From the NCBI GenBank assembly GCA_041390865.1, contig JAWKPC010000002.1:214022-278021 (forward strand): a DNA stretch of 64,000 bases, read 5' to 3'. Below, piece by piece: positions 36,336-45,098 of the stretch. A model generated the notes under the pieces. That model had not been told where the DNA came from, made no database searches, and saw only the letters and a list, made by a program, of their open reading frames with translations. Position numbers and translations under genes: made by a program. Origin of the DNA: Thermomicrobiales bacterium (GTDB taxonomy: Bacteria; Chloroflexota; Chloroflexia; Thermomicrobiales; CFX8). Every line of letters begins with the position of its first letter. Positions within the stretch are counted from its first letter, which is position 1.

Positions 36336-39092
36336 TCAGTCGATCAGACCCAACTCCCGGCCCCGCACGACCGCCTGAGTCCGGTTCCGGACGCCGAGCT
36401 TCGAGTAGATGTTGTGAGTGTGCGCCTTGACCGTGCCGACCACGACATAGAGATCGTCGGCGATATCGGCGTTCGTCAATCCGGCCGCGATGAGCTGGAG
36501 GACTTCCAACTCGCGTTCGCTCAGCGGTTCGACCAGATCTTGCTCGGGCGCCGCGGCCTTCCTGCCACGCGCCTGCGCCTCGGTCCGGACGATTCCGAGT
36601 AGAACGTCGAGGTAGGTCGTATCCAATCCATCGCGACGCCGACGGCGCTGCGCTGACTCGATGACATCCTCGATGCCACCGCCGGCATCGAGGATCGAGC
36701 GGACGAATCCCCGCGGTTCGGCCAGCTCCAGGACGCGGTCGAACGCCTGGACGGCGGCCCCGCGATTCCCCTGTCCTGCATATGCATTCGCCAGCACGGA
36801 GCCGGTCTGAACGGCCTGCCGGGTCCAGCCGCGTTCGAGACAGATGTCGAACAGCGGCGCCGCCAGCCCAACGGCGTCGTCATGCCGGCCCAGTACGTTA
36901 AGCAGCCTGGCCCGCGTGCGAAGCACCGGGGTCCAGAGCCAGATCCGGTCGAGCAGATCGGAGACCGGCGTCAGGAGGTCCGCCTCGATCGCCGCCAGCG
37001 TGCTCCGTTCTCCCACCTCGAGATCGACGATCGCATGAAACGCTTCCGTCTCGGCTGCCACGACCAGACCCGGGCCAATGCCGGTATAGGGCGGTGACTG
37101 CCGCAACAGCGACCGGGCACGTTCGAGATTCCCCAGCGCGTAGTGAACCCGTGCCAGGTTGAGGTAGCTGACGTCGAAGGCATGCCTGGATGCCCAGTAC
37201 CCGACCAGCTCCCGGCCACGAGTCGCGATGTCGAGCGCCTCTTCGAGCCGGTTCTTCTCATAGGGCACTTCGCTCTGGAAGCTGAGGATTCTCCCGGTGT
37301 ATTGCCAGTCTGCCAGCCCGTTGGCCTCGGCGAATGCGACCGCGCTTGTGTAGAGATCCTCGGCGCGGTCGAAATGGCCCCACTCGACCTCGATCGAGCC
37401 GAGCCCGAGCTGCCCGACCAACCGGGCCATGCGAGCGTCGGCGAGGTTGCTGATCGCAATCGCGTCCCGCATGCCTGCAGCGGACTGTTCGAGGTCGCCC
37501 ATCAGCCAGAGTGCCTGAGCCCGGACGCCCATCGTTAGCCCCCTGACAGCGTATTCGTCCTCCGGCAGGTATTTGAGCGCCTCGTCCGAATGGTGGATCA
37601 TGGCCTGGAAATCGTTGTCCAGTACGGCGCTGAATGCCCTCGTCCGGGACAACGACGTCCGCAGCCGGAGCTGATCTGCCTCCGAGAGCTGACTGGCAAG
37701 CCCGGGATCGTTGTCGAGCCGGTCGAGATACCGCTCCAACTCCGCCAGGTCACGCAGCCGCCGCTCGGCTTCCCCGTTCAGGTCGTAGGCCTCGGCGCGC
37801 GTGTGGAGCATCCAGGGGCTGGCGTTGACGACGTCTTCCGGAACGGCGCTAAACATCCGGATCATGACCTTGCTCAGGCCCTGATTGAAGAGCGACCAGG
37901 CGTATTCCTTAAACAGCTTGTCAACGCGCTGCCAGTCCTCGCCGTTGATCGACTGCCAGATAGCCTCGACCGTGTCGCCCTCTTCCTCGAACCAGACCGA
38001 GGCCCTGCGGCGGAGCTCGGGGATGTCGCTTTCGAGCGTCAGCCGCAGCTTGCGGCGCAGCAGATCCGCGAAGAGGTGGTGGTATCGGAACCAGCGGCGA
38101 TCGCTGTCGAGCGCGGCGATGAACAGATTCGAACGGTCGAGGTAGTCCAGGACGGCATGGCTATCCCTCCTGCCGGTGACGGCGTCGCAGAGGCCGGCCG
38201 AGAACTGGCCGAAGAGCGAGGTCCGCAGCAGGAAATCCTGCGTCTCCGGCGACTCCCGTTCCAGCACCTCGTCGACGAGGTAGTCGAAGATGTGGTGATG
38301 CTGGCCCGAAAACGAGCGGATGAAGCCTTCGACATCATCACGCCCCCGCAGCGAGATCGCCACGAGCTGGAGGCCGGTGATCCAGCCCTCGGTGCGCTCC
38401 TCGAGCTCGTGAACGTGGTCCGCACCGATGTCCTGCCCCAGAGCGACCCGGAGAAAGCGCTCGGCTTCCTCGTCGTTGAACCGGAGGTCCTCGGCCCGGA
38501 TCTCGACCATCTCCCGCCTTCCGCGCCAGCGGGAAAGCGACAGCGGAGGATCCGCCCGGCAGGTGATGACGACGTGGATCTGCCCCGGGACGTTGTCGAT
38601 GAAGAAATCCATCAGCTCGTGGATCGCCGGGTTCTCGATCAGATGATAATCATCGAGCACGAGCACGATCTGGCCGGACACGCTCCCGATATTGTTGATC
38701 AGGCTGATGAGCAGCATTTCCGGTTGGGTGTCCACCGCTGCCCCGAGCAGTTCCTCAGCTTCGTCTCCGACGCCCGGGCTGGCAAGGCGGAGCGACTCGA
38801 TGAAATAGCTGAGGAATCGTTCAAGATCGTTGTCGCGCTCATCGAGCGAGAGCCAGGCGATGGCGTAGTCGTCGGGCGGCGCGGAGTGAATCCAGCTGCT
38901 CACCAGCGTTGTCTTCCCGAAGCCCGCCGGCGCGGAAACGAGCGTCAGTCTACGGCGCAGCCCCTCTTCAAGGCGCTCGACAACTCGCGAGCGGACGATG
39001 AGATCGGCCTGAACGTTCGGCACGAACAGTTTTGTCTTGAGAAGGAGCGACGCGGGAGCCGTTGATGCCGTCAAGAATCTCTCTCTATTCAA
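36336..39092 (-). CDS. MalT/LAL-type LuxR-family transcriptional regulator (STAND ATPase + TPR-like repeats + C-terminal LuxR HTH)
   Basis: Walker A VSAPAGFGKTTLV, Walker B LVLDDYH, and the C-terminal LSERELEVLQLIAAGLTNADIADDLYVVVGTVKAHTHNIYSKLGV. The TTG start at 39092 is uncertain. Confidence 0.85.
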   Translation of the reverse strand: MNRERFLTASTAPASLLLKTKLFVPNVQADLIVRSRVVERLEEGLRRRLTLVSAPAGFGKTTLVSSWIHSAPPDDYAIAWLSLDERDNDLERFLSYFIESLRLASPGVGDEAEELLGAAVDTQPEMLLISLINNIGSVSGQIVLVLDDYHLIENPAIHELMDFFIDNVPGQIHVVITCRADPPLSLSRWRGRREMVEIRAEDLRFNDEEAERFLRVALGQDIGADHVHELEERTEGWITGLQLVAISLRGRDDVEGFIRSFSGQHHHIFDYLVDEVLERESPETQDFLLRTSLFGQFSAGLCDAVTGRRDSHAVLDYLDRSNLFIAALDSDRRWFRYHHLFADLLRRKLRLTLESDIPELRRRASVWFEEEGDTVEAIWQSINGEDWQRVDKLFKEYAWSLFNQGLSKVMIRMFSAVPEDVVNASPWMLHTRAEAYDLNGEAERRLRDLAELERYLDRLDNDPGLASQLSEADQLRLRTSLSRTRAFSAVLDNDFQAMIHHSDEALKYLPEDEYAVRGLTMGVRAQALWLMGDLEQSAAGMRDAIAISNLADARMARLVGQLGLGSIEVEWGHFDRAEDLYTSAVAFAEANGLADWQYTGRILSFQSEVPYEKNRLEEALDIATRGRELVGYWASRHAFDVSYLNLARVHYALGNLERARSLLRQSPPYTGIGPGLVVAAETEAFHAIVDLEVGERSTLAAIEADLLTPVSDLLDRIWLWTPVLRTRARLLNVLGRHDDAVGLAAPLFDICLERGWTRQAVQTGSVLANAYAGQGNRGAAVQAFDRVLELAEPRGFVRSILDAGGGIEDVIESAQRRRRRDGLDTTYLDVLLGIVRTEAQARGRKAAAPEQDLVEPLSERELEVLQLIAAGLTNADIADDLYVVVGTVKAHTHNIYSKLGVRNRTQAVVRGRELGLID

Positions 39093-39535
39093 GACCGCGA
39101 AATCATGGAGTCGCCATAGATCGCGGCGAATTGCCAGACTGCTCGACCAAACACGTTACCGAACTGATTCTAGCCAGTCCGGCAAGCGGATCGAAGCAGA
39201 ACAGTAGAGCGGCTCCGCATACCTCTCCTCTCATTTGTGCCCGCAGTGTATCCACGGGTAGAGAAGTGTCCACGAATGAGAAATGTATGGTTCTTATGTG
39301 GGTTCATTTCCCGAAACCTCCTCTCGGCGCAGAGACTGCCGCGGAGTCACCAAGCCTTGGCGGAGACGTCCGGGTAGTTTCAGCCCATTGACGTAGCGGC
39401 GCGGCAGCCAGCCCGAACGCTCAACTTATCCTGAAGGTGCTACAGGACGATCCCCGCCCGAATCCACACCATTCAACGACCGTTGGCGCGCGCCTGCCCC
39501 AGCTCCGAGATTCCCTGCCTCATCGATAGACGATC

Positions 39536-40271
39536 GTGACGGATCGGCCCGTGGAGCCGGACGACTCCAGGAGTTCTGCTCGTCCGAAGTATCTCTGGCC
39601 GGCGCTGTTCTGTGCGGCCGGATTTATCGTCCTGCTACTGGATGGACTGCTGCGCGGCCGCAGCGAGTTTGACTATCGAATGCTGGAGAGGGCTCAAGAC
39701 ACCAGGCTCGGGGCTTTCGATCCGCTGACCTCGAGTATCGATCTGCTGACCAGCCCGGCCGCGTCGGTCGCCGTCTGGACCGCGATAGTTCTCCTGTTGG
39801 CAATCGGGCTCCGGACCTGGCTCCCGGCGCTGGCGTTCGGCGTTCTTCCGGTCGGCTGGCTCCTGGCTTCTCCGACCGGGCTCATTACCGACTGGCCGGC
39901 GCCCGTTCCGCAACATCGATGCCGCCCTCGCCGGAACGGGCACCGCAACTGTTCCCAATCTCCACGTCGTGTTGCCGGTCTTCCTCTATGGCACGGCGTT
40001 CCTGATATCGGGACGGATCGGCAATCTGCCGCTCAGAATAGTCCTCAGAACGCTCTGCGGCGGATTGATCCTGCTGGCCGGTATCGTGCAGGTCTGGCTG
40101 GGAGCTAGCTGGCTGCTCGACGTCCTGGCTTCCTATGCATTCGGTTTCGCCTTCGTTCTTTCGTTGGGGTGGCTCTATCTACGCCTCGATAGAGCCGTTG
40201 GAGGTGTCCCGTTCATCCACTCGGTCGAGATCCCGGTCAGATCGATGCCGACTCCAGCGCCCATGCCCTGA
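39536..40271 (+). CDS. Divergent PAP2-like membrane phosphatase; frame break at ~39870-39890
   Basis: N-terminal TM helices, then in a second frame TGRRPF (KX6RP-like), VPNLH where PSGH is expected, and GASWLLDVLASYAFG where the SRX5HX3D region is expected. The catalytic His residues appear to be only partly conserved. Confidence 0.55.
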
Positions 40272-40281
40272 CGAGCACGAT

Positions 40282-40740
40282 CCTCTTCAGGGACGATAAG
40301 GCGATCAAAATCTACGCCCCCGGCTTCGTCCCACGGGCCATCTACTGGCTGGCCTTCCAGGCAGAGTTTCCCTATATGAGCAACCGCGAGGCATTGGAAG
40401 CGGCGGTTCTCCGGCGAAATCCTCGGCTGTGCAGACCTGACCGAATACTGGTATGGCGAGAACCGGGTTGCGCGGCCCTCGGGATCGAGTCGGTTGACGG
40501 CCGCATGGGACTCGCCAGGCCGATACATCGAGTGAATCGGACGAAGATCCTGATCCGGAACAGGTCGATGAGTTCCTGCACAGCCTCTACGACCAGGCTT
40601 CGGACAGCTGGCATTTTCCCCGGTTCCGGTAGATCGATCCGCGGCAGCCCAGAGGCAAAGACAACGTCCTCCATGGCACCGGACGGCCGCTTCTACATCG
40701 TCGATCTGGAATCCGCCTCGTCTCGCCGATGGCCTCTCTG
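40282..40740 (+). pseudogene. Kinase-fold-like region broken by several frame shifts and one in-frame TAG (40630-40632)
   Basis: Fragments across three frames: DKAIKIYAPGFVPRAIYWLAFQAEFPY, LTEYWYGENRVAR, GIESVDGRMGLA, DPDPEQVDEFLHSLYDQASDSWHFP, and KDNVLHGTDGRFYIVDLES (catalytic-loop and DFG-like). It may once have been fused to 40729-42252. Confidence 0.4.
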
Positions 40741-42252
40741 AGATCGTGGTGGAGGGGCATCCGGCGGGCCGACTTCCCGCTCTTCGATACCGTTCTCTAT
40801 GACACGACTCGCCGGTACATGGAGTCCCACGAAGCGTCGATGCGCGAGAAGATGGGCGATGTCTGGTACGGGGAGACGCGAGATCTGGTCGATCGCGCCG
40901 AAACCGAGAAGGAAGAGTGGCACGCGACCGAGCCTCGCATCTGGAGCCGTTTCCTGGCGGCGCTCTGGTCGGGATTCGGCATCAGCGGCCTGATCGACCG
41001 GGCCAGGGAGTTCGTTGACGAGGGACGGGATCGCGCCGAAGAATGGATCAACGACGCAACCGATCGATGGCGCGAAGAGGGCCGGATTTCGGAAGACGAG
41101 GCCGGCGATCTCCGGCACGAGGTCTCGACACCGCGATTTCACCGCGTTCTGCCGCACTTCGGCGTCCATCTGACGATCGGCATCTTCACACGCTTCCCGA
41201 TCGGAACGATCCTCCGCCCCGGCTATGTGCTGCTCAACCTGCTCCTGGCTACGGCACGGCTCCTCCTACGCCGGATCGACCGCGACAAGTGGCGGCAAGA
41301 GCTATCGATCCACTCGCCATTGGTTCTGCTGCTTGCCGCGGCTCCCGGCATTGGATCGTTCTCCTACCTGGCTTCCCGCCCGATCCGCTCGAACCACCTG
41401 CTCATCAGGCTGGTGCTCGACAGCATCCTGGTCAAGATCCCCTATGATCTGTACCAGCGGCTCGGCTGGCGAGCGCTGGTAGCGCGTCCCGGAGCTGAAG
41501 ACGAAGCGACAACGCAGGATCTGCCCGACACCGTCGTCCTGGCCGGTATTCCGGTCCGTCCGCGTCAGGTTGGCCTGGTGGCGATCGTCTTCGGCGCGGC
41601 GATCGTTGTCGCTGGCGTCATCATCGAACTGCTCAGCGATCTCCTGGAGCCGTCGTCCTGGTGGTGGCCGGACCTGACCCATCTGTTTGACGCCGATACC
41701 GGCGACGCGCTCCTGAACCTCTATCAGGTCGTCGTCGTCGCGGCCTCTATCCTCGTCCTACTGTTCCTGGGATTCACGTTGCGCAGCAGTAAACGAACGA
41801 TCCTGGCATTCGCCGGCGTGGCGCTGATTATTCTCGCCCCGCTGTTTGACGAGCATACTCCTGACCGGTTCGGGATCACCTCGGTCTTCAAGTCTGCCGT
41901 CAGCCTCGACTTCGACGACGCGGACTATCTGGTATCCCTGATTGTCACGACGATACTGGTGATCCTGAGCGTCTTCGTCGCGATCTGGTTCCTCCACGAG
42001 GTCCCGGAACACATCCGGGGAATCTTCCTGGTCGGTGTGGTCTGCTACCTGGGCGGGGCGGTCGCGGTAGAGACGCTGCGGCACCTCTACGGCGCGTTCG
42101 TGTCCGATTCCAGCTTCATTCACGACGCGCTCGGCTATGTCGAGGAAGCGACCGAAATCGCCGGCGTTGTCGCATTTCTCTATGCCGTCCTGGAATACGC
42201 CCGCTGGTCCATCCATATGCGTGCAAAGGAGGCTCCCTCTCATGAATCTTGA
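40729..42252 (+). CDS. Large membrane protein; the C-terminal third (~41626-42252) belongs to the same unrecognised family as 6881-7693 and 42242-43027 (paralog 2)
   Basis: 507-aa ORF with a soluble charged N-region and then many TM helices. The C-terminal blocks LFDADTGDALLNLYQ, LFDEHT, GGAVAVETL and VEEATEIAGV align with the paralogs. The true N-terminus is unclear because of the upstream decay. Confidence 0.6.
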   Translation: MASLRSWWRGIRRADFPLFDTVLYDTTRRYMESHEASMREKMGDVWYGETRDLVDRAETEKEEWHATEPRIWSRFLAALWSGFGISGLIDRAREFVDEGRDRAEEWINDATDRWREEGRISEDEAGDLRHEVSTPRFHRVLPHFGVHLTIGIFTRFPIGTILRPGYVLLNLLLATARLLLRRIDRDKWRQELSIHSPLVLLLAAAPGIGSFSYLASRPIRSNHLLIRLVLDSILVKIPYDLYQRLGWRALVARPGAEDEATTQDLPDTVVLAGIPVRPRQVGLVAIVFGAAIVVAGVIIELLSDLLEPSSWWWPDLTHLFDADTGDALLNLYQVVVVAASILVLLFLGFTLRSSKRTILAFAGVALIILAPLFDEHTPDRFGITSVFKSAVSLDFDDADYLVSLIVTTILVILSVFVAIWFLHEVPEHIRGIFLVGVVCYLGGAVAVETLRHLYGAFVSDSSFIHDALGYVEEATEIAGVVAFLYAVLEYARWSIHMRAKEAPSHES

Positions 42253-43027
42253 TCGAGAACTTCGCCGGTCGTCGCCCATGGCGCCGGACGCCGGAGGTGA
42301 ACGCTCGTCAGTCATCCCGATCCGCCCAATCGCGCTGACGGTCCTCCTGGAAGGTATCGCGCTCCTGCTGCTCGTCGCAGACCTGGCACTCCAGACGATT
42401 GATGTGCGGACGGAGTCGAACAATCTGGTCTGGGAACAGATCGTTCGCCTGTTCGACTTGAACTCCGAGTCGTCGATCCCAACCTGGTACAGCGTCGTCC
42501 TGCTCTTCACGGCAACGATGATCACGCTGGCCATTGCGATCAACCGGCATCGAGCCGGCGACCGGTTCAGCCGGCACTGGTTCCTTTTCTCCCTCCTCAT
42601 CCTTGGTTTCTCGATCGACGAGTCGGCCCAGATCCACGACGCTCCCAGCCGCGAGCCGCTCCGGGATATCCTGGGAACAGGAGGGCTGCTCTACTATCCG
42701 TGGGTCGTCGGTGCGATTGTCGGTATCGTCGTCGTGGGATTTCTGGCATACGGATTCTTCCGCCATCTGCCCCGCAGGACGGCGGGTCTCCTGATCGCGT
42801 CGGCTGCGGTGTTCATCAGCGGAGCGATCGTCCTCGAAACCCTGAGCGGCTTCTACCTGTCCCGCCACGACGAAGCGGACCTCACGTCGATGACGATCAG
42901 CTCGTTCGAGGAGTTTCTCGAGCTCTCCGGGGCCGTCATCCTGATCTATGCCCTTCTCGATTACGGGAGCAGCCAGCTCAAGGAGTCCACGATTCTCTGG
43001 AACGGATCTGATTCAGGTAGCTCGTGA
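42242..43027 (+). CDS. Polytopic membrane protein, unrecognised family (paralog 3)
   Basis: ATG 42242 lies 9 nt after AGGAGG and overlaps the upstream stop by 11 nt. Family blocks: FDLNSESSIPTWYS, SIDESAQIHD, GAIVLETLSG and FEEFLELSG. Confidence 0.7.
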   Translation: MNLDRELRRSSPMAPDAGGERSSVIPIRPIALTVLLEGIALLLLVADLALQTIDVRTESNNLVWEQIVRLFDLNSESSIPTWYSVVLLFTATMITLAIAINRHRAGDRFSRHWFLFSLLILGFSIDESAQIHDAPSREPLRDILGTGGLLYYPWVVGAIVGIVVVGFLAYGFFRHLPRRTAGLLIASAAVFISGAIVLETLSGFYLSRHDEADLTSMTISSFEEFLELSGAVILIYALLDYGSSQLKESTILWNGSDSGSS

Positions 43028-44826
43028 GCCGTCGAACACCGCCAGGCGAGTCGAGCGGCAACCGGCCCCGGCCGGGACGGCTGCGCGTCATCGCCGGCCG
43101 TCCCAGCCCGCTCGGGATCGAACGCATCTCCGAACCCCGAGTTCGGCAGATCCGCTGGGCAGCCCGGGCCTGGTCGGGGCTGATCGTCCTTACCTTCTGG
43201 ACGCTCCTCTTTCGACTCGGCGCTCCTTTCGTCGAGGATGTCGGGAGCTGGCAGCGGCAGGTGCAGATTGGCCTGCTGGTGACCGCGACGATCGGAGCGG
43301 CAATTGCCTGGCGGATCGAGATCGCCGGCGCGACGGTGATGATCCTGAGCGGAGCCGGGCTTGGCGTGCTGGCGACGTTTTCCTACAGTCCGACCGTCGC
43401 GTTCTTGCCGTTCGCAGCGTTCCTCGTCCCGTCCGTCCTGCACTGGATCGCCTGGCAGCGGACCCAACCGGCACTCGCCATCGCCATCCTCGCGCTGTTC
43501 GTGACCGGCGTTGCGGTCGCTGGCGCCTACGCCGCCGACAACGTCTACCAGACCTACTTCGGGCCAACCCATCCCGCCTCGGCCTCGCTTCAGCCACCGG
43601 CAAACACTGTCTACTGGGCCTGGGCCGGTGGAACGACATCCCGTTCAACGGTCATCAAGGCGCGCCTGGCATCCAGCTACGAGGAGGTCCGCCTGGCGGT
43701 CAGCGACAACGACGAGATGGAAGATCCAGTCAGCATCGCCCCGGCTGCGCTCTCCCCGCAGAACGTCGCCACGTTCGAGATCGACGGCCTTGAACCGGAC
43801 CGGCGCTACTACTATGCGCTGGAGATCGACAGGACAATCGACGAGACCCGGCGGGGACAGGTACAGACCTTCCCAGATGGTGCGGCGTCGTTTTCATTCG
43901 CCTTCGGTGCCTGCGCCCGCACCGGCTCCAACGGTGCGGTCTTCGACACGATCCGCGATGCCGATCCGCTGTTCTATCTCTCGGGAGGCGATCTCCACTA
44001 CGGGGACATCAACGAGAACGACCCCGACCTGTTCCGGGCGGCGTACCAGACTGTCCTGACAACCCCGGCCCAGGCGTTGCTCTACCGCAGCACGTCGACG
44101 TCGTACATCTGGGATGACCATGACTACGGCGCGAACGACTCCGACCGCACGTCCCCGTCGCGTGACGCCGCCTTCACCGCCTATGACGAGTCCGTCCCCC
44201 ACTACGAGCTCGCGGCGAACGACGCCCCTGCCATCTATCAGGCGTTTACAGTCGGACGGGTCCGCTTCATCCTCACCGATCTGCGCTCGGCGCGAGATCC
44301 GGCCAGCCAGCCCGATACGCCGGAGAAGTCGATGATGGGCGAGAAACAGAAAGCATGGTTCAAGCAGGAACTGCTGGATGCCGACGGGAACTATCCGGTC
44401 ATCGTCTGGCTCAGCACCGTTCCCTGGATCGCCGGGGAGGCAGTCGGAGCGGATCACTGGGGCGGTTACAGCTCGGAGCGCCGCGAGATCGCCGAATTCA
44501 TCGCCGAAAACGACATCGACGGCCTCCTGATGCTCGGCGGCGACGCTCATATGGTCGCCATCGACGACGGCAGCAACAACGACTACGCGAAGGGCGATGC
44601 CGCCCACTTCCCCGTCTTCCACGCCGCCGCCCTGGACCGTTACGGGACGACGAAGGGCGGCCCGTACAGCGAGGGAGAGTATCCCGGCGGCGGGCAGTTC
44701 GGGATCGTGAGCGTTGAAGATGACGGAGGCGACGAGATCGCGATCACGCTGAGCGGCAGAAACTGGCGGGGCGACGAGATCGTCAGCTATCGCTACACGA
44801 TACCAGTCGTCTCTGATGAGACATAG
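43024..44826 (+). CDS. PhoD-like alkaline phosphatase/phosphodiesterase (metallophosphatase) with an N-terminal multi-TM domain
   Basis: GTGA start/stop overlap with the upstream gene. About 5 TM helices come first, then FAFGACARTG, YLSGGDLHYGD, YIWDDHDYGANDSD and LMLGGDAHM, which are typical of PhoD-family enzymes. Confidence 0.8.
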   Translation: MSRRTPPGESSGNRPRPGRLRVIAGRPSPLGIERISEPRVRQIRWAARAWSGLIVLTFWTLLFRLGAPFVEDVGSWQRQVQIGLLVTATIGAAIAWRIEIAGATVMILSGAGLGVLATFSYSPTVAFLPFAAFLVPSVLHWIAWQRTQPALAIAILALFVTGVAVAGAYAADNVYQTYFGPTHPASASLQPPANTVYWAWAGGTTSRSTVIKARLASSYEEVRLAVSDNDEMEDPVSIAPAALSPQNVATFEIDGLEPDRRYYYALEIDRTIDETRRGQVQTFPDGAASFSFAFGACARTGSNGAVFDTIRDADPLFYLSGGDLHYGDINENDPDLFRAAYQTVLTTPAQALLYRSTSTSYIWDDHDYGANDSDRTSPSRDAAFTAYDESVPHYELAANDAPAIYQAFTVGRVRFILTDLRSARDPASQPDTPEKSMMGEKQKAWFKQELLDADGNYPVIVWLSTVPWIAGEAVGADHWGGYSSERREIAEFIAENDIDGLLMLGGDAHMVAIDDGSNNDYAKGDAAHFPVFHAAALDRYGTTKGGPYSEGEYPGGGQFGIVSVEDDGGDEIAITLSGRNWRGDEIVSYRYTIPVVSDET

Positions 44827-45013
44827 CAGGCAAACTGGTCTGAGCCGATGGCGCCAGCATTGTCCGCCCGAATGACCGCGTAATTACCGTCCCGGCGTTC
44901 GTGAACTGGATTGTCTCCTTCGTCGACACCCTTCCTTTACAGATCAATACCCTGAAAGCAATGCGATTCCGAACGAACCGACACGGCATAACGTATACTT
45001 CAGTGTTGTCTTT

Positions 45014-45036
45014 GGCCCGTCCGAAGTGGACGGGCC
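45014..45036 (+). terminator. GC-rich hairpin between the PhoD cluster and typA (terminator-like, no U-tract)
   Basis: GGCCCGTCC-GAAGT-GGACGGGCC, a 9-bp perfect stem. The downstream sequence is not T-rich, so its function is uncertain. Confidence 0.35.
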
Positions 45037-45098
45037 GATTGCTGTCCGTCGTATTCGCAGCGCAGCATCATTCCGAAGAACGGAGCATTTCAAGTATC

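Noticed and set aside
37590-39065. 491-aa plus-strand ORF
   Set aside because: It is antisense to the MalT/LuxR regulator, whose Walker motifs and HTH are clear on the minus strand.
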